Source: an uncultured Roseivirgaceae bacterium
GTDB lineage: Bacteria > Bacteroidota > Bacteroidia > Cytophagales > Cyclobacteriaceae
Length of the DNA stretch: 64,000 bases
Assembly (NCBI GenBank): GCA_964507705.1
Contig: CAZDRA010000005.1
Location: forward strand, 1,353 to 65,352
Reading direction: 5' to 3'
Under the pieces are notes generated by a model. It saw only the letters and a program-made list of their open reading frames with translations, was not told the origin of the DNA and did no database searches. Positions 1-8,996 of this stretch are shown here, one piece after another (within the stretch, counting starts at the first letter, position 1; each line of letters opens with the position of its first letter). Made by a program: the position numbers and the translations under genes.

Positions 1-264
1 ATTTTCATCCCATTCGATTGGGATATAATCTTGAATCATTGTTCCACAATATTTAAATTCAGTAGGTCCACCGTAGGTGCATCCGATCACCTGTCCGGCC
101 CAACCACCTTTAATTTTATCCAGCAATTCATTTTTATTGATAGAAACCTTATCAATTGAAATTTTATTTAATGACAGCTTAGTTTGATTTGGATGATCTG
201 GCTTTTGGACACAACTTAGTAGGACGGACATAACCAAGAAAGAGAATAGTATTAAGAGTCTCAT
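1..264 (-). CDS. ADP-ribosylglycohydrolase-family lipoprotein, N-terminal 88 codons (gene runs off the left edge)
   Basis: Hand translation of the reverse strand from ATG at 262-264 gives MRLLILFSFLVMSVLLSC (signal peptide plus lipobox Cys) ... DKIKGGWAGQVIGCTYGGPTEF. This resembles the N-terminal motif of ADP-ribosylglycohydrolase-family proteins. It is absent from the ORF track because it has no stop in the window. Confidence 0.5.
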   Translation of the reverse strand, partial: MRLLILFSFLVMSVLLSCVQKPDHPNQTKLSLNKISIDKVSINKNELLDKIKGGWAGQVIGCTYGGPTEFKYCGTMIQDYIPIEWDEN

Positions 265-307
265 ATTTTTAGGGGAAAAATTATTTTTTAATTGATGAAT
301 ATAAATA

Positions 308-1204
308 TTAAATGTCTTTTCTATAGGGAATAGAAGTCTGAGCACCCATTTTAGTAACGCTTATGGAGGCGGCTCTATTTGCAAATTTTACAGCTTCAAA
401 TATGGACTTTTTTTCTGCTAATGCCACTACCAACGCACCACTAAAAGTATCACCTGCAGCAGTGGAATCTACAGCATGAACTGTTGGTGCTGGCATCATA
501 AGTTCATTTGTATCAGAAGACACAAAAGAGCCTGAGGCACCCATGGTAATAATCACATGTTTCACACCTTTCGATTTGATAATATTTGCAGCTTTGCCAG
601 CGGAAGCCTCATCTTTTACTTTTATGCCGGAAAGAATTTCTGCTTCAGATTCGTTGGGAGTTAAGAGGTACAACGATTTTAGCAGTTCGGAAGAAAGTTC
701 CTGAGCAGGGGCCGGGTTTAACACTACTTTTACTCCCGCATCATTTGCAATACCTGCTACATATTCAACAGTGGAAATGGGAATTTCTAATTGCATAAGC
801 ACCAATTCAGATGATTTTATTTGTTCAATTGCTTTATCAATATCATGTGAATTAAGGGCTCCATTTGAGCCAAGTGCAACTGATATGCAATTTTCTCCTT
901 TGTTATCGACCATAATCAGTGCCACTCCTGAGGGGTTGTCACGATCGGTAGCAATATATTTGGTATTGATGCCTTCTTTTTCAAACAGCTGAATGGCTTG
1001 TTTTCCGAAAATGTCATTTCCGGTTTTAGCAATAAATGTGACATTTCCTTCAAGCCTGGCCGCTGCTACAGCCTGATTGGCTCCTTTCCCCCCAGGATTC
1101 ATTAAAAATTTCCCACCAATTATGGTCTCCCCAGGGGCAGGCAAACTGGAAGATTTAATCACCATGTCTGTGTTGCTGCTTCCGATTACTGTAATCTTGT
1201 TCAT
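308..1204 (-). CDS. rbsK: ribokinase (PfkB family)
   Basis: 298 aa. N-terminal VIGSSNTDMV and GGKGANQAVAAARL, an NxxE-type TPNESEAE, and the C-terminal anion-hole motif AAGDTFSGAL are typical of ribokinase. Confidence 0.85.
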   Translation of the reverse strand: MNKITVIGSSNTDMVIKSSSLPAPGETIIGGKFLMNPGGKGANQAVAAARLEGNVTFIAKTGNDIFGKQAIQLFEKEGINTKYIATDRDNPSGVALIMVDNKGENCISVALGSNGALNSHDIDKAIEQIKSSELVLMQLEIPISTVEYVAGIANDAGVKVVLNPAPAQELSSELLKSLYLLTPNESEAEILSGIKVKDEASAGKAANIIKSKGVKHVIITMGASGSFVSSDTNELMMPAPTVHAVDSTAAGDTFSGALVVALAEKKSIFEAVKFANRAASISVTKMGAQTSIPYRKDI

Positions 1205-1374
1205 TGGTATTATTTGATAATTAGGATATAAGATTAAGTAAAGTTTGAATAAAAAGGTTAGCCAAATAAAGCTATTATAGATAAATATTAATTTATGGAT
1301 AACTTTAATTAAGTAAATTAATCAATATATTTAGTTTTAATAAATGCATTTAATAGATAAACACAAAATAAAAT

Positions 1375-2859
1375 ATGTCCAAATGGGATGACCTGATATT
1401 ATTGATACATTCCATGACTAAATCTGAAAAGCGTTTTTTTCAACTTAAATCAGGATTACAGCAAGGAGCCAAAGACTACATGGATTTATTTGAGTTAGTT
1501 GGCAAAAGTTCAAATGATGGCTCCGATGTTAAGCAAAGATATATTCAATTAAAGCCCGGTAAGGATCATGAAATTGCCAGAAAGCATCTTTATAAAGGGA
1601 TAATGAAAAGTCTTATTGCGCATCCGGGAAATCAAGATATTGAAACCTCCATTAATCAATTGATTCAGGAAAGCAGAGTACTTTTTCGCAAAGGGCTTTT
1701 CAATGTGTGTTTAGAAAAATTGAAAAAAGCAAAAAAACTGGCTGCTACCTATGAGCGCTTTGCTTATTTTCTAATAATTGCCCGGATGGAATTAGATTAT
1801 CGAATGCGGCGTGAATTCAGGGATACCAATGAGCAGGAATTAATTGAATTGCAAACCAGTATATCCGAAACCTTGCATCATGAAGAAACAATAAATGATC
1901 ACTCGGCACTACATGAAATATTGTATTTCCGGCTCATAAATGACGGACCGATACGATCGGAAGAGGAAAGGCAAAATTTAAATGACCTATTATTTACCGA
2001 GATGCAATTAATTTCCAAGCCCCACTATGATTCATTTAGTGCAAAAAAAATCCATCTCCTTTTTCAATCAGCTTATTTTTTAATGGTGGGAGATCAAAAA
2101 TCGAGTTTGGGGAATTACTATGAACTGAATGATCTTTTTGAGCAGAATCGACACCTTTGGGCAGATCCGCCATTGCATTACATTTACACTCTAAATGGAA
2201 TACTGAAGAATCTGACCGAAATACAAAAATATGCTGAAATCCCATATTTCATTTGCAAACTTAAACTGCTTAAAACTGATAACCCTACTAGTTGGATTCG
2301 TATCAACTTGATCGTACATCAGTTTGAGATAGAGGTTTTTATGAAAGGAAAAGACTTCCAGTCAGCGCTGAAATATGTAAATAAAAATAAAGCTGACTGG
2401 GATAGGTATTTGGCATATGCCACTCCATATCAGTTAGCTAATTATTTATTTTATTATTCACTGATTCAATTTAAAGGAAGAGAATTGAGGGCAGCTTCCA
2501 AATCACTAAATCACGTATTGAACCTTGAGGGCACCATCCGTTCTAATCCCGTGTATAAACATTGCAGAATGTTAGGGTTGATTATTCACTATGATTTGGG
2601 CAATGAAAAATATCTTGAATATGAAATCAGATCTTTTGAGAGACAATTAAAAAAGAGAGCCGTATTGTATCATTCCGAACGAATCATTTTCCGGCTTTTC
2701 AAAAAACTTATCTTTAATAGTTTTGTTTCAGATCGTAAAAAATCCATGAAAAAATCGTTGAATGAATTAAGGAAAATGGCATATTATCCATTTGAAAAAC
2801 GTTTTTTGAAAACAATTTATATTGAGGATTGGCTTCAAACGAAAATTGGAGAATTATGA
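1375..2859 (+). CDS. hypothetical all-alpha (TPR-like) protein
   Basis: Long uninterrupted 494-aa ORF in an AT-rich background. It is predicted helical and I recognise no catalytic motif. Confidence 0.6.
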   Translation: MSKWDDLILLIHSMTKSEKRFFQLKSGLQQGAKDYMDLFELVGKSSNDGSDVKQRYIQLKPGKDHEIARKHLYKGIMKSLIAHPGNQDIETSINQLIQESRVLFRKGLFNVCLEKLKKAKKLAATYERFAYFLIIARMELDYRMRREFRDTNEQELIELQTSISETLHHEETINDHSALHEILYFRLINDGPIRSEEERQNLNDLLFTEMQLISKPHYDSFSAKKIHLLFQSAYFLMVGDQKSSLGNYYELNDLFEQNRHLWADPPLHYIYTLNGILKNLTEIQKYAEIPYFICKLKLLKTDNPTSWIRINLIVHQFEIEVFMKGKDFQSALKYVNKNKADWDRYLAYATPYQLANYLFYYSLIQFKGRELRAASKSLNHVLNLEGTIRSNPVYKHCRMLGLIIHYDLGNEKYLEYEIRSFERQLKKRAVLYHSERIIFRLFKKLIFNSFVSDRKKSMKKSLNELRKMAYYPFEKRFLKTIYIEDWLQTKIGEL

Positions 2860-2999
2860 GGGAAATGGTTTGATTCTAAATTGGAGAACAGTTGAAGAGG
2901 TGTATCCGATTTTAAATATTAATTGAGTGTTGAAGTAAAACATTTAATCTTGATTTTTTTAAATTCGAGTGCTTATCTTACCGCCCACAAATCAGAAAA

Positions 3000-4064
3000 T
3001 TGAAATTCAGTAAAAAATACAACCTTTTCTTATCGATCGCCGGATTTTCATTCGTTGTGATCTTGCTCAACTATATTTTGGTATTTGTCGAAAGGAATGA
3101 CCCTGACTCAAGTATCAAAACATTTTCAGACGGTATCTGGTACATGATTATCACGCTTACCACAGTTGGATATGGAGATCTTTATCCGGTGACAACACCG
3201 GGGAAAATGATCGGATATATTTTTGTTTTTGGAAGTTTGGGTGTATTGGGTTATTTAATAAGTACACTTTCAAGTAAATACAATATCATGATGGAAGAAA
3301 AAAAACTTGGCTTTCGCGGCACTCAATTTCAGGACCATATCCTTTTCATTGGCTGGAACGAATTTAGCAGAATGGTGGCAGAGGAAATTTACCATACTTC
3401 AAAGAAAATTGCTTTTGTCACACAAAAAAAAGATGAGATAGATTTGATATATGCTCAGTTTGGCAAGGAAAATACTTTCGTGCTTTTTGCCGATTACAAC
3501 AATCTTGATTCGCTCGAAAAAGCAAATGTCTCTAAAGCATCTGCTGTATTTATCAGCATTCCCGATGATGCGCAAGTGTTATTATATGTTTTGGACTTTA
3601 AGAAAAGATATCCAAAGCCACAAATTGTTGTGTCAATTGAGAACTCCAAGCTTAAAGATACTTTCAAATCTGCAGGCGTGACATATGCCATTGCCAAAAA
3701 TGAGATTGCTTCCAAGATGGTAGCGAGCTATATTTTTGAGCCGGATGTAGCCAATCTTAACTATGACCTTATCAGCTCGTCGCGAAGTCAGCTCGATTAT
3801 GATATGCAAGAATATGAAGTGTTGGAAAATAACAAATATGTGGGCGAAAAATATATCAATGCATTTGTCGATATGAAAAAGGCACACAACACGATTCTGG
3901 TTGGGCTCAGTAGAAAAATAAAAGATTCGTGGAAACTCCTCACCAATCCACCTGAAGATGAAGAAATACTGGTGGGCGACTATTTGGTATTGATGTGCAG
4001 CGGAAGCTCAAAGAAAGATCTCGTTGCTACATTTGGCGTGGAAGAAGGGCGTTTGATTGAGTAA
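3000..4064 (+). CDS. potassium channel with RCK/TrkA gating domains (TTG start)
   Basis: Two TM helices flank the K+ selectivity filter TTVGYGD. A TrkA-N/RCK-like Rossmann region (ILFIGWNEFSRMV) and a TrkA-C-like C terminus follow. Confidence 0.85.
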   Translation: MKFSKKYNLFLSIAGFSFVVILLNYILVFVERNDPDSSIKTFSDGIWYMIITLTTVGYGDLYPVTTPGKMIGYIFVFGSLGVLGYLISTLSSKYNIMMEEKKLGFRGTQFQDHILFIGWNEFSRMVAEEIYHTSKKIAFVTQKKDEIDLIYAQFGKENTFVLFADYNNLDSLEKANVSKASAVFISIPDDAQVLLYVLDFKKRYPKPQIVVSIENSKLKDTFKSAGVTYAIAKNEIASKMVASYIFEPDVANLNYDLISSSRSQLDYDMQEYEVLENNKYVGEKYINAFVDMKKAHNTILVGLSRKIKDSWKLLTNPPEDEEILVGDYLVLMCSGSSKKDLVATFGVEEGRLIE

Positions 4065-4070
4065 CTTTTT

Positions 4071-5531
4071 ATGAACCTTACCACACCGTTTAAGAGCAAT
4101 CAATTATTTAATATTATTATAAACCTTCTGGCGGGGATATCAATTTCGTATTTATCTTTCCTTCTCATTTATTTCAAGCAAAAGGCCTTTCTGCATCATG
4201 CCTTCATTCTTTTTACAGTTTTCGGGGTTTATTTATTATTCAACTTTTTTAGAAATAGAGTAATTCATTTATCTCCAAAAATTAAGTTTATCAGCCTGGC
4301 CATGCTCATCGTAATTTGCATCATGGGCCCACAGGCTATTTATCAAATTCGCCCATATACATTTTATATCAGTGGAATAGTGGTTGGGATGATCTTAGTA
4401 ATATCCAGCTCAGTAGTATTGCTCAATTCGTCAAGAATACTTTTAAATTATACCTTGTTTTTGTCTGGATATTTTCTTGGTTCCTTCCTTGGCCCGCTGC
4501 AGATGCAATATATTATCATGGGTTTGTTGCTGATTTTTATAATCAATTATATCTTATCAGATCAGCTAGGTAACATATATAAATTTTTAGTGTCTGCTAT
4601 TTTCGCATTTTCATTTTCTATTTATTGGTATTTGTCCATTCCCATTTTACAATTTAATGAGCAATTTGATTATGAGGACAAGGTAATTCTCGCCTCAGAA
4701 ACGCAACATCACAAACTTGTTGTCACGCAATGGCAAGATGATAATTGGTTTTTTATTGACAAGCTGAAAAACGTAAGCTCCATAGACGAATATTTGTATT
4801 ACGAACCCATGACTCATGCTGTTTTCAAGATAGCTAAAAACATAAAAAATATACTTGTGATCGGAGGGGAAAACGGATGCCTGATCAGAGAGGCACTAAA
4901 ATATGAGGATGTTAAGAGAATTGAAGTTGTAAGCTATGATACAATATTGCTTAGCCTGGGTATGGCAAATCAATACTATATTGAAATGAATAAAAAGGCT
5001 TTTGCAAGTAAAAAAGTCAAAATAATCCAGGAAGATTTATTGCGATTTATTGCTGATACAAATAAAAAGTATGATGCCATTTTCGTTGATTTACCGGATC
5101 CGCGAAGCATAGAAACCAATCAATATTATACAATAGAATTTTATGAGCTGATAAAAAATTTATTAGTTGAAGAAGGTGTAATGATTACCCAGGCAGGAAG
5201 CCCATATTTTGCGACTGAGGCATTTTTTACGATCGGAGCTACAATTCAGGAAGCAGGATTTAACGTCCTGCCAATTCATAATCAGATATTGACACTTGGT
5301 GAATGGGGTTGGTATATTTGTTCAATTGATCAGCAATCAAGCCACATGAAAGATAGGTTGCTGGTCAGTAAAAAATTAGATATTGAAACACGATGGTTTA
5401 ATCACGAAGCTGCCGTGCTCATTTCTTCATTTGGTAAGACCAATACAGATACTTTGCAAACCCAGGTCAATTCGTTGGACAATCCAGTGGTTTATCAATA
5501 TTATTTGAAAGGAACCTGGGATATGAGATAA
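4071..5531 (+). CDS. membrane-anchored spermidine-synthase-like aminopropyltransferase family protein
   Basis: The N-terminal ~200 aa are multi-pass hydrophobic. The C-terminal half has spermidine-synthase-fold motifs: VIGGENGCLIREAL (variant of GGGDG), IFVDLPDP and ITQAGSPYF. Confidence 0.75.
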   Translation: MNLTTPFKSNQLFNIIINLLAGISISYLSFLLIYFKQKAFLHHAFILFTVFGVYLLFNFFRNRVIHLSPKIKFISLAMLIVICIMGPQAIYQIRPYTFYISGIVVGMILVISSSVVLLNSSRILLNYTLFLSGYFLGSFLGPLQMQYIIMGLLLIFIINYILSDQLGNIYKFLVSAIFAFSFSIYWYLSIPILQFNEQFDYEDKVILASETQHHKLVVTQWQDDNWFFIDKLKNVSSIDEYLYYEPMTHAVFKIAKNIKNILVIGGENGCLIREALKYEDVKRIEVVSYDTILLSLGMANQYYIEMNKKAFASKKVKIIQEDLLRFIADTNKKYDAIFVDLPDPRSIETNQYYTIEFYELIKNLLVEEGVMITQAGSPYFATEAFFTIGATIQEAGFNVLPIHNQILTLGEWGWYICSIDQQSSHMKDRLLVSKKLDIETRWFNHEAAVLISSFGKTNTDTLQTQVNSLDNPVVYQYYLKGTWDMR

Positions 5532-5564
5532 TCCCCGGACTTGTTCCGGGGTCTGTCTGCAATT
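5530..5564. repeat. REP-like GC hairpin unit (copy A)
   Basis: aatCCCCGGActtgtTCCGGGGtctgtctgcaatt has a 7-bp stem (5533-5539 / 5545-5551). It is 31/35 identical to 60887-60921, with one compensatory stem change. Confidence 0.8.
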
Positions 5565-5651
5565 TGAATTTTTTTTCCAGATGGCAGTAGATCCCAGAAT
5601 AAATCGCAAAATATAATTATTTTATTCGTCATTACGAGGAGGTACGGCCTG

Positions 5652-5670
5652 CCCCGAATTTAATTCGGGG
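5652..5670. repeat. GC palindrome ccccgaatt-t-aattcgggg inside a cgtcattacgagg...acgaagtaatc type repeat
   Basis: Perfect 9-bp arms seen directly. The flanks resemble short interspersed repeats common in Bacteroidota intergenic DNA. Confidence 0.6.
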
Positions 5671-5712
5671 ACGAAGTAATCTGCTTGCAAGAAGAAATTA
5701 ATTGCTCAATTA

Positions 5713-7245
5713 ATGAAACGTAGGAACTTCATACATATCACATCAATGAGTTTGGCGGGGTTGCTAACACACGGCTGCAAAACAACACCTGATTTTGATA
5801 TTGAATTTCTCAATGACATGTCAACGGCCCACCTGGTGTTTGAAAGCAGTAAATATCCAAGTGGAAAAAAGCTGTCAACAGATTACCTGATTGTCGGTGG
5901 AGGCATAGCAGGTATGTGTGCGGCATACCAACTCCGAGAAAAAGATTTTATACTTTTTGAATTATCAAATGCCCTTGGAGGCACATCTTCAGGAGGTAAT
6001 TATAATAATATTTCGCTTTGCCACGGGGCGCATTATGATCTGGCATATCCTGCCAATTTTGGAAAAGCAGCATTGACAATGCTGCAAGAATTAAATATCA
6101 TTTATCACGATTCTTTTTTAAACTCCTGGAATTTTAAAGATAAAAAATACCTCATTCCAAAGAAGAGAGAAAGTAGGACAATTGCTCATGGAGTTTTGAG
6201 AAAAGAAGTATTTCCGGATGCTGTTGAGAAAGGATTGTTTATCGAATTGATAAAATCATTTAATGGCAAAATGCCCATGCCTTCTCAATTGATTGCAGAA
6301 GAATATAGATACTTAAATAATATTTCATTTTTCAATTGGTTGCAACAACATAAATCTTTTTCTCCTGGATTTATTGAAGGTTTAGACTACCACATGAAAG
6401 ATGATTATGGTGCAGGGTCTGATCAAATTTCTGCCTTGGCAGGCATACATTATTTTACCTGTAGGTCTTATTTCACCAAACCCGTCGAGCTTTTTTCTCC
6501 ACCCGAGGGCAACTTTTATTTTATAAATAAAATAAATAATAGGCTCCCAAAAGATCGGGTATTGACATCACATCTGGTGAAACAAATCAGCGAAAAGAAC
6601 GGAGGATTTGAGGTAGAAATTATCAATGCTGTTAAAAAGGAAAATATTCAGGTGAGCTGTAATAAAATTATTTATGCTGGCCAGAAACATGCCTTGAAAT
6701 ACATTTATCCAAAAGATTATGATTTGTTCCAGAAAACTGAATATGCTCCCTGGGTTGTGATGAACATTGTATTAAGATCTTCATCGAAGCTGACAGACCT
6801 TGTTGATAGGAGTAAAGCAGTCAGTGGTATTTATTGGCAAAATGAAATTATTTCCCATGATAAGTCTTTGCTGGGGTTTGTGGATTCAGCAGCACAATTT
6901 TCTGAAAATCAAGATCAAAGGGTATTGACGGTTTATTATTGTTTTAAACCAGAGGAAAGAAAAATGATGTCAATGATCGAAGAACGAAAAAATACCTTCG
7001 TTGAACAGACCTTAACACATCTCGAAGCATATTTTGGTAAATCGTTGAAACGTGATGTAGAGAAAGTTTTCATCAAACAAATGGGGCATGCTATGCCCAT
7101 CCCAAAGCCCGGATATTTATTCAGAGATGCCAATGAGTCCAGGTCGAATCAAAATTTAGTTTATGCCGGAGTGGATAATGGCAAATTACCACTGTTGTTT
7201 GAGGCTGTGGATTCTGGGATAGGAGCAGTTGATTTACTTTTGTGA
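5713..7245 (+). CDS. Tat-exported FAD-dependent oxidoreductase lipoprotein (amine-oxidase/desaturase-like fold)
   Basis: Twin-arginine signal MKRRNFIHITSMSLAGLLTHGC with a lipobox Cys. Dinucleotide-binding motif YLIVGGGIAGMCAAYQL. Confidence 0.7.
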   Translation: MKRRNFIHITSMSLAGLLTHGCKTTPDFDIEFLNDMSTAHLVFESSKYPSGKKLSTDYLIVGGGIAGMCAAYQLREKDFILFELSNALGGTSSGGNYNNISLCHGAHYDLAYPANFGKAALTMLQELNIIYHDSFLNSWNFKDKKYLIPKKRESRTIAHGVLRKEVFPDAVEKGLFIELIKSFNGKMPMPSQLIAEEYRYLNNISFFNWLQQHKSFSPGFIEGLDYHMKDDYGAGSDQISALAGIHYFTCRSYFTKPVELFSPPEGNFYFINKINNRLPKDRVLTSHLVKQISEKNGGFEVEIINAVKKENIQVSCNKIIYAGQKHALKYIYPKDYDLFQKTEYAPWVVMNIVLRSSSKLTDLVDRSKAVSGIYWQNEIISHDKSLLGFVDSAAQFSENQDQRVLTVYYCFKPEERKMMSMIEERKNTFVEQTLTHLEAYFGKSLKRDVEKVFIKQMGHAMPIPKPGYLFRDANESRSNQNLVYAGVDNGKLPLLFEAVDSGIGAVDLLL

Positions 7246-7345
7246 GATTGTTTTGAGTTGCTTTTGATCCTTTAATATTAAATGTAACTTGTCAAGACTC
7301 GATTATTATTTATACGTATAGAAGCAAATAAATTTAGATAAAAAA

Positions 7346-7954
7346 ATGAAAAATTATTTATTACTATTCTTCATGCTAATTACAGGAAATTCATATGGTC
7401 AAACTGAAATAGTTGCCCCAGAAATAAAAATGACTACTGAATTTGTGAAGAATAGAGAAGTACAAGACTTAATGCAATTTGAAAACATTAATTTCTACTA
7501 TATATATTTTACAGGTATATCACTGATCGGAAAAGATTATGTATTAGTATCAAAGGAAATTTGGGATGGAAAAATCACTAAAATTGATACATTAATTGAT
7601 ACATCAAAAAGTAGTTACATAGGAAAATTAGAAAATGACACTTTAAAGATCAAAGTGATTGCAAAGAAAACATATGAAAATAATTTAAAAGTTCATTTCC
7701 GGTTTCCAAGATTAGGTATAACTAAAAAATTTGATGCTATAAATTCTGATGCTTATCTCTTAAGAAACATAGGTATCAATGTTCCAATTATTGCAAACAA
7801 AAAATTCTATGCACTTGCGTATATTTTACCATATGAAAAAGATGGAACGCAAAGGTATTGTGCTGTTGAAAACAGTGGAGTTGATGTAGAAATGTGGGGA
7901 AAGAAATTTAATATCAAACATTATGTTTTATTTGAAATGGAATTTAAAGACTGA
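7346..7954 (+). CDS. hypothetical secreted protein
   Basis: 202-aa ORF with signal peptide MKNYLLLFFMLITGNSYGQ. I recognise no domain. Confidence 0.55.
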   Translation: MKNYLLLFFMLITGNSYGQTEIVAPEIKMTTEFVKNREVQDLMQFENINFYYIYFTGISLIGKDYVLVSKEIWDGKITKIDTLIDTSKSSYIGKLENDTLKIKVIAKKTYENNLKVHFRFPRLGITKKFDAINSDAYLLRNIGINVPIIANKKFYALAYILPYEKDGTQRYCAVENSGVDVEMWGKKFNIKHYVLFEMEFKD

Positions 7955-8037
7955 TTAAAGTGTATATATTCTGTAAATTATATGCTATAATTAAACCCCT
8001 AAGGGAAGCCTATTAAATAAAGTTTTGTTGAGGGTAA

Positions 8038-8298
8038 ATGGAACTAGCCTCCAATATGACGCAATCATTTAAATTCCTAAATATGAGCAGTACATTATTA
8101 TTAATTGGTGGTTTTGGCGGATTCGAGGTATTACTTATTTTAATTCTTCCACTGTTGCTTTGGTTTTGGTCACTCGTTGATTGTTTAAAAAGTGATTTTA
8201 AAAACTATGACAAAATTGTATGGATTCTTCTAATCATTTTACTTCCTATAATTGGTGCGGTACTTTACATGATAATAGGTAGGAGTCAAAAAATTTGA
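8038..8298 (+). CDS. PLDc_N-domain small membrane protein (true start may be the Met at 8083)
   Basis: Two TM helices with WSLVDCLKSDF...KIVWILLIILLPIIGAVLYMIIGR, the pattern of the phospholipase-D N-terminal (PLDc_N) small membrane domain. Confidence 0.6.
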   Translation: MELASNMTQSFKFLNMSSTLLLIGGFGGFEVLLILILPLLLWFWSLVDCLKSDFKNYDKIVWILLIILLPIIGAVLYMIIGRSQKI

Positions 8299-8315
8299 GT
8301 TGATAAGAACGGCTT

Positions 8316-8981
8316 TTATTGATTCGTTTTCAATTCCCCAAGCACGGTTTTTCCTCCCCTGGTCTTTTGACCAATTTCTACTTTTATTTTTGAGTCGAGG
8401 GGCAAGAACACATCTACACGAGAACCAAATTTTATAAATCCGAATTCCTGACCCTGAGCGACTTCTTCACTTTCAGAGATGTAGTATTTTATTCGTCGGG
8501 CAACAGCACCTGCGATTTGGCGGGTGAGTATTTGTACTCCATTCTTTAATTCATAAACGATGGTCGTTCGTTCATTTTCTGTACTGGACTTTGGATGCCA
8601 GGCAACATGATATTTTCCGGCGTGGTATTTAAAGTATTTTATTATACCTCCCACAGGATTTCTATTGATGTGTACATTGAGGGGTGACATGAATATAGAA
8701 ATTTGAATTCTTTCTTCCTGGAGATATTCCAATTCTTCTGTTTTTTCTATGACTACAACTTTCCCATCTGCAGGTGCCAGAACATGATTTGGATTTGGAT
8801 TGATTTTGATAGCAGGGCTACGAAAAAATTGAAGAACAAGTAAAAAAATAATGCTACAAGTCAAATAGGAAAAATAAATAATCTGCTCATGAACATCGAA
8901 ATATTTCAAGCTGATATTGATGAGTAAGAGAATTATTAATAGAAAACTTAATAGTGATCTTCCTTCCTTATGAATTTGCAT
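8316..8981 (-). CDS. psd: phosphatidylserine decarboxylase (short Bacteroidota type)
   Basis: N-terminal TM helices, and the self-cleavage region GFIKFGSRVDVFLP (G-S cleavage site) near the C terminus. Confidence 0.85.
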   Translation of the reverse strand: MQIHKEGRSLLSFLLIILLLINISLKYFDVHEQIIYFSYLTCSIIFLLVLQFFRSPAIKINPNPNHVLAPADGKVVVIEKTEELEYLQEERIQISIFMSPLNVHINRNPVGGIIKYFKYHAGKYHVAWHPKSSTENERTTIVYELKNGVQILTRQIAGAVARRIKYYISESEEVAQGQEFGFIKFGSRVDVFLPLDSKIKVEIGQKTRGGKTVLGELKTNQ

Positions 8982-8996
8982 AAAATGTAAATATGA

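Noticed and set aside
586-992. Two plus-strand ORFs (70 and 73 aa) inside the ribokinase gene
   Set aside because: They are antisense shadow ORFs within a well-supported gene, with no motifs.
5427-5609. 60-aa minus-strand ORF spanning the end of the SpeE-like gene and the hairpin repeat
   Set aside because: It is read-through of a GC-rich REP-like hairpin (…RQTPEQVRGLS…). The same peptide-like artefact appears at 60694-60984.
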